34,858 nucleotides of DNA from a virus. Its lineage: Duplodnaviria; Heunggongvirae; Uroviricota; Caudoviricetes. The notes beneath the pieces are model-generated. The model was not told where the DNA came from and ran no database searches. It was given only the letters and a program-made list of their open reading frames with translations. The position numbers were made by a program, and so were the translations under genes. Of the stretch, positions 1 to 9,024 are shown piece after piece. The stretch lies in the IMG/VR virus record IMGVR_UViG_3300042892_004104; one strand, written 5' to 3'. The first letter of the stretch is position 1. Every line of letters starts with the position of its first letter.

Positions 1-2
1 GG

Positions 3-554
3 ATGGCAGACAATGGACTACAGCGAGTTGATTTTAGATTAAATCGTGCAACAGGACAAGAACGAGCCGAACAGCGAGCCGGAGTCAGCAACTACAAAAT
101 CTATCAAATTTCTGATGGTAGAACAGTGGGCACATTCTATGCTGCCGATCAGGCTCAAGCTGACTCTGAATTCACTGACTGGTTGATGAGTCCCGAAGCC
201 GGTGGCAGAGACGACTTTAGATACGCACCAATTGACACCCCAATTCAAGGTCTTGCCGCCAGCACCCCGCGACCGCGGTCTGACATCATTGACATCGAGC
301 CAGATGTAGAGCAGAACTTTGTGCCTGGATCGACCCTGGATCTGCAACGACAACGACAAGCAGCACAGCAATCTGCTGCTGGAACATTTAGAGGCACCTG
401 GGCAATCAAGGACAGTCAAGGCAACACACTACACACCTTCGGCGGAATCGGCAATGCACAAGCAGATGCCAACAGAGTTGCAGCAGGTTGGCTGGCCCGT
501 GCAGGATATCAAGACGGCCTTGAAGTTGCGGTTGTTCCTGTGATGGAGCCGTAA
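3..554 (+). CDS. Hypothetical protein, probably the C-terminal part of a larger (head-internal?) protein cut by the window edge; two copies of a ~47-aa module
   Basis: The ORF is open to the window start. aa31-77 and aa133-180 share G.T..TF......AQAD.......WL. The stop overlaps the next ATG. Confidence 0.5.
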   Translation: MADNGLQRVDFRLNRATGQERAEQRAGVSNYKIYQISDGRTVGTFYAADQAQADSEFTDWLMSPEAGGRDDFRYAPIDTPIQGLAASTPRPRSDIIDIEPDVEQNFVPGSTLDLQRQRQAAQQSAAGTFRGTWAIKDSQGNTLHTFGGIGNAQADANRVAAGWLARAGYQDGLEVAVVPVMEP

Positions 555-2080
555 TGAGAGCAAAAGAATTCATCATTGTCGAATACAGAGATAGACTGTT
601 GCAATATGTAAAGAGTTTGTTACCTAACTACCCAGAGTATGTTCTTAAAGATTGGTTAGTACCCAACAAAGGCAACTTTAGCAATTTGCCAGACACAGAA
701 CTCAAAAATGGCATAATGGAAAAATTAAAAGGGGCAGGACTTACTCCTAACACCAAATGGCAACTTGTTCCTGACATGAAGTTTACTATGGATATGTTTG
801 AGCCAATGACCACTAAACGATTGATAGGTCGTGCTGGTGGAAACAGTGATATGGGCTTAGATGTACCACGAGACAAAGAAAGACACGCAACTCAAGCAGC
901 ATTAGCACAACAACAAGGTGGTGTGCGTAAAGAACCAGTGCTATTAATAAAAACAGACAAGGGCTACGAATTGTTAGAAGGGTGGCATAGAACTATACAA
1001 CACTTTGCCAAGTATCCAGATGGCTATACAGGTCCTGCTTATGTGGCAGTGGCTCAAGGTCAGCTGAGTCTAGCAGAAGGTGCAACAGTAACACGAATTG
1101 ATTCTAAACCTATCACAGATTTTTCGTCTAGTCTCAAAGCATACAAGCATACAGATGATTGGAGTCAGAGTGGTTTAGATACAGGTGACGATAGTTATTG
1201 GAAAAATAAAAATCTCAAAACTAACACTACCAAAGGATTGTTTGCTGGTGATCCACGTAGAACAGCACTATACGCCACAGGCAATGCACATGAAACACGC
1301 TATGTAGAGTTTACGCAAAACGGCCAACCTATTGTTTATTTTGACCAAAAAGATTTGCCAGCAATGCGTAGTCGTAAAACTTACTTGACTGTGTTTGATG
1401 CTAGCGATTTCAGACAATTACCAACAGGTGAATGGTTTAGTGAAAATCCTAGTAAACCTATCAAGCAGGTGCCCATTGGCGATCCATTCAAATATATTGC
1501 TAGTCAAGGGTGGATAGTCCGTGTTACTGATGATTTAGACAAAGTATTCAAACAAGTAAAAAACATGCACAAAGCAGGTAAAATTGCTCAATATGGTGCA
1601 GAGGGTATGAATGAAAGTAAACAAGGTGTAGCGGAAGACCTAACTGAAGTAGTCGATCTTGACACAGCATTTCCACTGAAGTGGGATCAACAGTTTGCGG
1701 CACAGGGCGAGATTCATGCAGCAGCAACAGATGCTGACGGCAGAGAAATTGGCATATCGTTTACCCCAGCAGGCAACGGTGAAATAACCGATGTGGCATT
1801 TACTCGTGGCGGCACACATGAGATGACTGGCCGGGGAGATGCAGGTCGAGTAATGGCCACTGTGATCAATGCCATCAACCTCTATACAAAAAAATATAAA
1901 CCACCATATCTAGCGTTCAGTGCCAAGTCAGGTGGTGGTAGATCCGGTGCATACACAGCAATGATTCGGCGCCATGCACAAGGATATGAACTGTTGCCCA
2001 CCGATAAATACCCAGCTGCCTTGAACAACTATCTTGAGTTCATTGGCACAGATCAACCATTTGTATTGGCCCGAACATGA
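554..2080 (+). CDS. Multidomain putative head-internal protein (ParB/Srx-like domain, possible ADP-ribosyltransferase-like domain, unassigned C-terminal domain)
   Basis: N-terminus MRAKEFIIVE; ParB-like PVLLIKTDKGYELLEGWHR; linkers SLAE-G and MNES-KQGVAE-DLTE between domains. Confidence 0.5.
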   Translation: MRAKEFIIVEYRDRLLQYVKSLLPNYPEYVLKDWLVPNKGNFSNLPDTELKNGIMEKLKGAGLTPNTKWQLVPDMKFTMDMFEPMTTKRLIGRAGGNSDMGLDVPRDKERHATQAALAQQQGGVRKEPVLLIKTDKGYELLEGWHRTIQHFAKYPDGYTGPAYVAVAQGQLSLAEGATVTRIDSKPITDFSSSLKAYKHTDDWSQSGLDTGDDSYWKNKNLKTNTTKGLFAGDPRRTALYATGNAHETRYVEFTQNGQPIVYFDQKDLPAMRSRKTYLTVFDASDFRQLPTGEWFSENPSKPIKQVPIGDPFKYIASQGWIVRVTDDLDKVFKQVKNMHKAGKIAQYGAEGMNESKQGVAEDLTEVVDLDTAFPLKWDQQFAAQGEIHAAATDADGREIGISFTPAGNGEITDVAFTRGGTHEMTGRGDAGRVMATVINAINLYTKKYKPPYLAFSAKSGGGRSGAYTAMIRRHAQGYELLPTDKYPAALNNYLEFIGTDQPFVLART

Positions 2081-2280
2081 GAGCACATGAGTTTTTACTA
2101 AAAGAAGGTGTGGCGCCGGGATTTGATGTGTACATGGCCCGGGTCAAGGTCAAAAATCCCATGTACTCTAGCAGCATTGACGTTGCTGTTTTTGCCAAAT
2201 CGCCTGCCATGGCCAGACTTTTGTTGCAGGGTCAGTATGGCACAGACAGTGTGGTCAGCAACGTAACTAAAATTTCTTGA
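2077..2280 (+). CDS. Small hypothetical protein with MRAHEFLLKE N-terminus
   Basis: ATGA overlap with the upstream gene; N-terminus shared with 554..2080 and 8397..8621. Confidence 0.6.
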   Translation: MRAHEFLLKEGVAPGFDVYMARVKVKNPMYSSSIDVAVFAKSPAMARLLLQGQYGTDSVVSNVTKIS

Positions 2281-2306
2281 CATTTGTAGGTCTGATACAT
2301 ACACAC

Positions 2307-3149
2307 ATGATTGATGTTATCACTGTGGTATTTAGAGACGAGTTGAAGATTCTGCAGGCACAAGCAGAAAGTGTTGCACGTTATTGCAAGCAACTGGACA
2401 TAGGCAACATCTACGTTGTGGTCAACGACGAAGACAATATCACCCAGTTGATCAACGGAAGTTGGTGGGGAGAATTGCACGATCGTGTGATTGTTACTCC
2501 TAGGTCTGTTTTTTCCACTCAATGGCACAGCAATGGATGGGTCAGTCAACAAGCACTCAAGCTAATGACTGCCAGCATCAGCTATGGTCATTACAGCATG
2601 ATTCTAGATGCTAAAACTATATTTGTTCGAGAACTCACACTAGACAAATTGTTCAATCAATCAGCACAGTTGCAAATAGGACAACTAGATGTGTCTCCTG
2701 TGTTTGAACCCAGTCGAAAAATAGTCAACCAGCTCTGGAACATTGACTTGCAAAAACAAGCAGGTCCAGGTGGTGTGCCATTCTTTGTAAGCAACGACGT
2801 TGTACGTGCCATGATTGCAGATGTGTATGCATACACCCATCAAAATTTTCCCACCTGGTTTCAAAGTCAAGGCATGGTAACAGAATTCATATTGTATTCG
2901 GGCTACATTGTGAAAGGTGCAGGCAGTCTTGACGTATTATACAGCCAACACAACCACATAGGTGGCATAGTCAATGTGTGTCATTCAGAAATTGCTGCCT
3001 GGGATCGCAAGTTTGCTGAAATGAAAAATCCCAACACTCTTACTGTGAGTGTGCATCGTGGTGCCTGGGTAAAGATGACTTCTGAGCAACAGCAACAATA
3101 TCAAATGTTCTTGATTGATCACGGAGTAACACAAGCATGGCAAATATAA
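2307..3149 (+). CDS. DUF6492-like nucleotide-diphospho-sugar transferase-like protein
   Basis: GWVSQQALKL...MILDAKTIF motif (W..QQ..KL followed by a DxD-like D-A-K), final TEFILY. Start chosen at MIDVITVVF. Confidence 0.6.
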   Translation: MIDVITVVFRDELKILQAQAESVARYCKQLDIGNIYVVVNDEDNITQLINGSWWGELHDRVIVTPRSVFSTQWHSNGWVSQQALKLMTASISYGHYSMILDAKTIFVRELTLDKLFNQSAQLQIGQLDVSPVFEPSRKIVNQLWNIDLQKQAGPGGVPFFVSNDVVRAMIADVYAYTHQNFPTWFQSQGMVTEFILYSGYIVKGAGSLDVLYSQHNHIGGIVNVCHSEIAAWDRKFAEMKNPNTLTVSVHRGAWVKMTSEQQQQYQMFLIDHGVTQAWQI

Positions 3150-3676
3150 AAGCTCTGTGCATGGTAGCTCATCCTGATGACTGTGTGATCTTTGCCTACA
3201 GCTATATCCATGCTCATATTGAAATGGACTGGACCATTGGATATCTAACCTACACACCACAAGATCCACGTGGTGCAGAACTTGCTGCATTTTGGCACCG
3301 GCGTGGTATTGAATGTGTGTTTTTGGGCTTTGAAGATCACTGGCATGACAATGAACAAAATCAACTCACACGTTGGAATAAGGCAGAGGCACAACATGCA
3401 TGTTGGGAACTAGCACGTGACTATAACCTAGTGCTCACACACGACAAACATGGTGACTACGGACACATACATCATAAGCTGGTGCATGACGCTGTAACAC
3501 ATCATCACAATGTGATCACGTTTGCTCCGCACAATCAAGGCACAGTCACATTGTCAATACCTGCAGAAACATACAGTCTAACTGAATTACCACTGCATGG
3601 TGAAATCATTTCCAGCTTTCATCTGACTCAGCACAAAAATAGTTATACAGAACCACACAAGGAAATAGCCCCATGA
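3137..3676 (+). CDS. PIG-L/LmbE-family deacetylase
   Basis: VAHPDDC and THDKHGDYGHIHH metal-binding motifs. Confidence 0.8.
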   Translation: MANIKALCMVAHPDDCVIFAYSYIHAHIEMDWTIGYLTYTPQDPRGAELAAFWHRRGIECVFLGFEDHWHDNEQNQLTRWNKAEAQHACWELARDYNLVLTHDKHGDYGHIHHKLVHDAVTHHHNVITFAPHNQGTVTLSIPAETYSLTELPLHGEIISSFHLTQHKNSYTEPHKEIAP

Positions 3677-4485
3677 AACTAATGGTAGCAGGGTGCAGTT
3701 ATTCTGCAACAAGCCAACGCCTGCCAGGCACCAGCTGGAGTGAATTATTGGCCAATCAGCTGGGCTGGGACCTGACAAATCTAGCACGGCAAGGCTGCAG
3801 CAACGGAGGAGTGCGTGTGCAGATTGACGAAATACTTAGACAACAGCCAGACTTTGCCATTGTCACGCCCACGTTCTGGGACAGAATGGAAATACCAGCC
3901 ACTGCTGCTCCGTTTGATTGGAAAAAAAGCACCAGTGGCTGGAACCCTGACGTGCAGCGACACTTGCAGGACCGAACTCTCAAGAACGGCTATGATCGTG
4001 CAGCTGGTATCAACAATGTCAACTACGGCAACAACAACTACAACATGATCTGTGAGACTATCTATACCTTGGCCGAAAACTTTGATCATCCTTATAGATC
4101 TGGTCTCATATCCAAAACAGCACAGACTGCCATACGTCACTGGGTTGATGGTATCTATGACTCAGAGTGGAAAAAGCAACAAGACGAGTGGATCATCAAG
4201 TCAGGTATATTTGAACTGTATCATGCAGGCATCAACTTCTTGTTTGTGCCTGTGCTGCTGTGGCCGTTTGATCCTGACCTAGGCGAAAAACAGTGGCAAC
4301 AGGTGATTTCCACCGCTGTGCCTGATCGCAACGTGATGTCAAACGAACCTGAAAGTGTGCTGCCCATATGTGGCAACAATCCGTTTGATGGTGAAGATCC
4401 AGGTTATCATTCAGGCACACGTGGCCAAGAAATCATTGCCGACAATTACTATCAACGAATCAGTCGAGACTTTGGTCTTGTGTAA
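3673..4485 (+). CDS. SGNH-hydrolase-like protein (possible acyl esterase/transferase)
   Basis: Block I VAGCSYS, block II NLARQGCSNG, C-terminal DPGYH (DxxH-like). Confidence 0.6.
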   Translation: MKLMVAGCSYSATSQRLPGTSWSELLANQLGWDLTNLARQGCSNGGVRVQIDEILRQQPDFAIVTPTFWDRMEIPATAAPFDWKKSTSGWNPDVQRHLQDRTLKNGYDRAAGINNVNYGNNNYNMICETIYTLAENFDHPYRSGLISKTAQTAIRHWVDGIYDSEWKKQQDEWIIKSGIFELYHAGINFLFVPVLLWPFDPDLGEKQWQQVISTAVPDRNVMSNEPESVLPICGNNPFDGEDPGYHSGTRGQEIIADNYYQRISRDFGLV

Positions 4486-5563
4486 TGCACTGTGTGGGAA
4501 TGTGCCGAGTCAGTAGTGCGTTGACCGCAGCACGAGCACGTGATTCTGTCTGCAGCAAGTGGCCATGATTGTGTTGCAACACTGGCTTTAGTTTTGCATA
4601 TACCTCTGCAGGATCAATATTTTGCAATTTGATCAACTGGTCAAATGCAAGACTCCATCTTTCATGATTGTTGTCCACAGTATCGTAGGTTTCGTCAATC
4701 ACACTGTCAAACGTTTGATACCCCAGGTGTCTGAGTTGAGTCAAAAAGCCCTTGATACCAAATACCAAAAACGGTCTCTGAGCAAACATGGGCTTGCTGA
4801 TCTTTTCGGCCATGAAGAATATTGACCCGTCACACACTGACTCAGCTGCCACAGAGTACCAAGAATTTTTATAAATGTTCCAGGGCACATGCTGACTCAC
4901 ACTGCTGGTCATGTGTGTTGCAACTTCCCATTCAGGCTGTAGGTTCTCACCAACATAAGGCCATTGCAACTGCACATTGGGAAACAGTGATTTCACCTGA
5001 TGGCTGCGATCATCTACTACACTGCCGGCAAATACATCTCGATAGGTCACTAGGTTAGCGTCCAGCAGCTGATGTTGCTGCAGACTCAGCATCACAAAAT
5101 CTCGGTTGGGGCGGCGACTGCCCAACAACACATCAAACACAAGAGGTCTTGGTGTGTTGGCGTCCAATGGTTGCCAGGTATTGTACTTGATGTCTCTGTG
5201 ATAAATCCACCAGGGACGGTATGCACACCTAGTACTGTCCATTGGCTGTTGGGTGTCATATCCACCCTGCAGCAGTGCCCAATTTTGTATGCGGTTTTCT
5301 TGTATCCATTGATCAATCCATTCTCGTGGGCGATACTCGATGTCACTCAACAGCACAAGATCAAATTGACTCAGGTCAACACAGTCAGCCTCGGGCGTGT
5401 AGGCAAAATCATTGGGCCTGTTGAACATCACGGGCACAGCAGCCACACGAAATGACTGGGACAACACTGTGCTAACATCAGCACAGTCCTGTGGGTCAAT
5501 GAACCAGTCCTGTGCACAGTTGACCGCATGTTGCCAGGCCCATATTTTAATGTTGAATTTCAC
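4460..5563 (-). CDS. Putative glycosyltransferase (GT10/fucosyltransferase-like C-terminal motif)
   Basis: YSVAAES...FFMAEKISKP...PFLVFG...LRHLGYQTFDSVIDETYD resembles the GT10 EN/TEK nucleotide-sugar motif. The 3' end overlaps the convergent SGNH gene. Confidence 0.5.
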   Translation of the reverse strand: MKFNIKIWAWQHAVNCAQDWFIDPQDCADVSTVLSQSFRVAAVPVMFNRPNDFAYTPEADCVDLSQFDLVLLSDIEYRPREWIDQWIQENRIQNWALLQGGYDTQQPMDSTRCAYRPWWIYHRDIKYNTWQPLDANTPRPLVFDVLLGSRRPNRDFVMLSLQQHQLLDANLVTYRDVFAGSVVDDRSHQVKSLFPNVQLQWPYVGENLQPEWEVATHMTSSVSQHVPWNIYKNSWYSVAAESVCDGSIFFMAEKISKPMFAQRPFLVFGIKGFLTQLRHLGYQTFDSVIDETYDTVDNNHERWSLAFDQLIKLQNIDPAEVYAKLKPVLQHNHGHLLQTESRARAAVNALLTRHIPTQCITQDQSLD

Positions 5564-6425
5564 ACAGTCTTTCTAGTACAATATTTTTGTAGTGATCAAA
5601 ATTGGGAATATCCAAGGTGTCCCAGTTGATCTGCATGCTGAGACTCAAATCAGGCACTGCATCGCACACAGCATTGTGTACCGCATCAAAGTCAGCAATT
5701 TTTTCCAGGCTGTCGTATTCAAATCTTCGTTGCGGTTGCAACACCACATGGCCACACACAGTGGCCCAATTGCCCAGCAATTCATATTCTGAAAACCACT
5801 TGATGATGTTGCCTGTGCCCCAAGGCAGTACCGTGGGCATGCCAGGCACAGTATCAATCACAGCATCCAACCATTTTTTGTTGGGCCAACATGCCTCGAG
5901 ATGTTGTTTTAGCAACACAAAATCTTGTTTACGCACAGCACACAGTTCTGTCACAAAGCAGTGCGGGCTTGGATGAGCAATGCCAGTAATGGCTTCAAAC
6001 ACTCCGTTGTAGCTGCCTTGCTGAGTGTTCATGATGGCCAGCATGTTGAGTTGGCCATTGACCACAGGTGAATAATCTTGGATCATAAACGTGTCAGCGT
6101 CTTGCATGAGCATGACATCTGCGTCCAGAAGATCCAGGTAAGCCAGTTTGATAGCCTGCTGGCGCAGCCACCAGCCTCGATAGTCATCAGGAAACACCCA
6201 ATGGTTGACTTCGGGATACTGATCATAGATTACTTGATCATTGACGTATACAAACTTTGAACTGTCAATGCCATACCTTGCCCACACAGGTTCTAGTTCA
6301 TCACGAGTCATGGGTGTGGCAATCACTGTGTGATCTATGTCTTTGAGATAATGATCAAACTGCATGGCAAACGCTGCATGCGGAACTCGATATCGTGCCA
6401 GAAACAAAACTCTAACAATTTTCAT
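5547..6425 (-). CDS. Second DUF6492-like sugar-transferase-like protein
   Basis: GWWLRQQAIKL...LMQDADTF (DxD) ...FSEYELLG; paralogous to 2307..3149. Confidence 0.6.
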   Translation of the reverse strand: MKIVRVLFLARYRVPHAAFAMQFDHYLKDIDHTVIATPMTRDELEPVWARYGIDSSKFVYVNDQVIYDQYPEVNHWVFPDDYRGWWLRQQAIKLAYLDLLDADVMLMQDADTFMIQDYSPVVNGQLNMLAIMNTQQGSYNGVFEAITGIAHPSPHCFVTELCAVRKQDFVLLKQHLEACWPNKKWLDAVIDTVPGMPTVLPWGTGNIIKWFSEYELLGNWATVCGHVVLQPQRRFEYDSLEKIADFDAVHNAVCDAVPDLSLSMQINWDTLDIPNFDHYKNIVLERLCEIQH

Positions 6426-7033
6426 ATCAAGTCTTTTATTTGATCTCTATGCCACAGTGCTAGGCAGCGACCTTGGCCTGATTCAAATTCAAAAATTTGA
6501 TTCACTGGCTCGGGAAAATTCCAGGGAGCAATGCACCAGTTGATCTCCGATGCTGGAAAATTATTGTTATATGTCACATCAGTGTTTTGAGAAATATACG
6601 GACTTTGTGTAATTAGTAACCAGGGCACTGCACTGTTAATCCAATTTTTTATAACCAAATGTCTATCCTGATTGTTTAAATGCAGTGTTACATCTCTAAC
6701 AAACAACACATCAACCCCAGGAATAGGGTCAGTAGTTATATCGTGCAGTATCACATTCAGGTGCGGAGATCTTGTCCAGGCTTGGGATACCATCGACAGG
6801 CTGATGTCTCCACCTTGGTACTCAAATTCTGGAAAATGAAATGTTCGAATCCATTCGCAATTGTTACATCCAGCATCAAACATTTTTTTTATATTGTATT
6901 TTTTAAACAGAATCAACAACTCATCTCGAATTTTTCTGGTACCATCAATGCTGCTGGCACCAGTGGAATTATCTCTACTGGTATCCAATGCATTGTAGAA
7001 ATTTGAAAAAAGTTTTTGTAGATATAAATTCAT
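6422..7033 (-). CDS. Class I SAM-dependent methyltransferase
   Basis: STGASSIDGT followed by motif I MFDAGCNNCEW and DVLFVRDVTLHL. Start 7033 gives an ATGA overlap with the radical SAM stop. Confidence 0.75.
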   Translation of the reverse strand: MNLYLQKLFSNFYNALDTSRDNSTGASSIDGTRKIRDELLILFKKYNIKKMFDAGCNNCEWIRTFHFPEFEYQGGDISLSMVSQAWTRSPHLNVILHDITTDPIPGVDVLFVRDVTLHLNNQDRHLVIKNWINSAVPWLLITQSPYISQNTDVTYNNNFPASEINWCIAPWNFPEPVNQIFEFESGQGRCLALWHRDQIKDLI

Positions 7034-8061
7034 GATTGCCCACAACTGTTGACGCAGGTATACAGTCTTCCGGCCGCAATGGACTCTTTGGCCCAGGATT
7101 GTTCCACCTGATCAAACCAGGTCAAGCAGTGCTCAAGATCATGTTCAAGAGCATTGTTTTGGTGTATCATTGGCCGGGTCTGATCGTTACCTGGGTGTTT
7201 CATTGTGTCAGGATAAAATCCAAGATAGCAACAAGGATACACTGCGCCATCCGCAGCAATATAAATTTCTCTATTCATCTTGTGAATGCAGCGTAGGTTC
7301 AAGGGAGTGACGTCTTTGGCACTGTGTACGGTTCGAGCATCAAACCAGGTGATATGACTGTGCACCATGTCTTGAATGTTGGGAATGGCTGCAGCGGGGA
7401 TTGAGTCTGGGCCTATCTGATGACTGTACTCTCCGGTGCGAGTAAACACTGGGGTTGAATCACGACCGTCATGAATATTTTCAAAGTTTGAGAATCCAAG
7501 TTTTTTTGCCAATGCACGGCAGTCTGCTTCTTGATGCTGATTGTGAGCAAAAGGAACAAATCTCCATACAGCTTGCCCACCTGCTGCAATAAGTGCTTGA
7601 GCATTGTTGATAATTTTGTTCCAACTGGTATCTTGTCGATACAGACTATGAGTGTCCTCTAAGCCATCTAGTGCAAAACCAACAGTCACTCGAGGGTGTG
7701 CAAGTTGTGCCCACCAAGCAGTGTTTCTTAAACTACCATTGGTGTTGACGTGCACGTTTACATTTTGATCTGTCAAGTATTTTACAATTTCAACAGCATC
7801 CCGAGCACTGGCAAAATCCCCAAGATTGCCGTTGAAACTAACTCCTTGGAACCCGTAACTGAACAAATCTAAAGGTCTCATGATCATGGCCAGCACAGCA
7901 GGTGTAAGTATGTGCTTGAATTGTTCAAGGCTTAGTTCACAATCTGGATAACCTGAATTGTATTCAAATCCTCGATAGTTCCGCATGCACATGGGGCAGC
8001 GAGCGTTACAGCGTGTGGTCAGTTCCACATGGATTCTACGTACTTGATCTAGAGTGAGCAT
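7030..8061 (-). CDS. Radical SAM enzyme with C-terminal twitch/SPASM domain
   Basis: CNARCPMC (CxxxCxxC); C-terminal C...IYIAADGAVYPCC...CVNSC. Start chosen at MLTLDQ directly after TATAAATA. Confidence 0.85.
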   Translation of the reverse strand: MLTLDQVRRIHVELTTRCNARCPMCMRNYRGFEYNSGYPDCELSLEQFKHILTPAVLAMIMRPLDLFSYGFQGVSFNGNLGDFASARDAVEIVKYLTDQNVNVHVNTNGSLRNTAWWAQLAHPRVTVGFALDGLEDTHSLYRQDTSWNKIINNAQALIAAGGQAVWRFVPFAHNQHQEADCRALAKKLGFSNFENIHDGRDSTPVFTRTGEYSHQIGPDSIPAAAIPNIQDMVHSHITWFDARTVHSAKDVTPLNLRCIHKMNREIYIAADGAVYPCCYLGFYPDTMKHPGNDQTRPMIHQNNALEHDLEHCLTWFDQVEQSWAKESIAAGRLYTCVNSCGQS

Positions 8062-8065
8062 GGAA

Positions 8066-8073
8066 TATTTATA
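8066..8073 (-). promoter_or_regulatory. T4-type late promoter TATAAATA (drives the minus-strand operon)
   Basis: Exact TATAAATA on the minus strand, 4 nt before the ATG at 8061. Confidence 0.7.
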
Positions 8074-8086
8074 GGCGTACATTTTG

Positions 8087-8093
8087 CTAAATA
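8087..8093 (+). promoter_or_regulatory. Late-promoter variant CTAAATA, divergent from 8066-8073
   Basis: TAAATA core 5 nt before the ATG at 8099; no Shine-Dalgarno. Confidence 0.55.
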
Positions 8094-8098
8094 TTCTT

Positions 8099-8410
8099 AT
8101 GCAAAAAGAATTTGTTATTGCCAAGTGCGATGTTTACTGCCGATGGACTGGTCCTTATCCCAGGTACCGTTGCTATATAAATGACGAGTTGTTTTCAGAA
8201 CGCACCTGGATCTGGCACGATGTGTACCTGGAAGAAAGCCTGCAGATTCTGGCAGAACCAGGCAAGTACACTGTGCGAGTCGAGCTACTAGATACCGAAC
8301 ATGCCACAATCAAGGTACGTAATCTGCGTGTGGACACAGGTCCCGGCGTTATGGCCCCCGACGGTCGAGTGCACATTTATATTCCGGAGAAGCCCAATGC
8401 GAGCACATGA
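8099..8410 (+). CDS. Hypothetical protein
   Basis: ORF follows the late-promoter motif and overlaps the next gene. Confidence 0.6.
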   Translation: MQKEFVIAKCDVYCRWTGPYPRYRCYINDELFSERTWIWHDVYLEESLQILAEPGKYTVRVELLDTEHATIKVRNLRVDTGPGVMAPDGRVHIYIPEKPNAST

Positions 8411-8621
8411 AATAATGGAAACAGCATCAGGTGGTGCGTCAGCAGGCGCCACCTCCGCAGGATCAATTGCAGTGGCGGTGCAACCCATGGGCATGATCTC
8501 AAGAAATGGCGGAAGCTTGCTGTCAGGTAAATATACTGACGACCCTACGCCTAACACGCCCAAGGAATACAAAAGGAATAAAAATGCTCGCGGACAGTTT
8601 AAAAATACTCCTAGCAACTGA
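8397..8621 (+). CDS. Small putative head-internal protein (MRAHEIME..., A/G/S-rich)
   Basis: N-terminus nearly identical to 2077..2280. Confidence 0.55.
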   Translation: MRAHEIMETASGGASAGATSAGSIAVAVQPMGMISRNGGSLLSGKYTDDPTPNTPKEYKRNKNARGQFKNTPSN

Positions 8622-9024
8622 ATACGCTTTCGTGATCAAAGCGCAACAGTTTCACTGGAATGTAGAAGGCCCAGATTTTGTGCAACTGCATGAGTTCTTT
8701 GGCAACATCTACGAAGATGTCTACGGTGCAATTGACCCCACTGCTGAATACATAAGAACACTAGACGAGTATACTCCGGGCAGCTTTGAACGTTATGTAG
8801 AATTGAGTATTATTTCTGGACAAACAAAAATTCCACGTGCTAGACTCATGATTGAAGAATTGCTGGCCAACAACGGTCAAATGATAGAACTCTTGGATCA
8901 GTGCTTTGCTGAAGCAGAGCAAGAAAATCAACAAGGCATTGCTGACTTTGTGGCTGGTCGTTTGACCGCACACGGCAAGCATGGCTGGATGCTAAAGAGT
9001 TTATTGAAAGATCAGCGAGCATGA
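8584..9024 (+). CDS. dps: Dps-family ferritin-like protein
   Basis: FHWNVEGPDFVQLHEFF...YEDVYGAIDPTAEYIR ferroxidase signature; C-terminal HGKHGWMLKS. Confidence 0.9.
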   Translation: MLADSLKILLATEYAFVIKAQQFHWNVEGPDFVQLHEFFGNIYEDVYGAIDPTAEYIRTLDEYTPGSFERYVELSIISGQTKIPRARLMIEELLANNGQMIELLDQCFAEAEQENQQGIADFVAGRLTAHGKHGWMLKSLLKDQRA

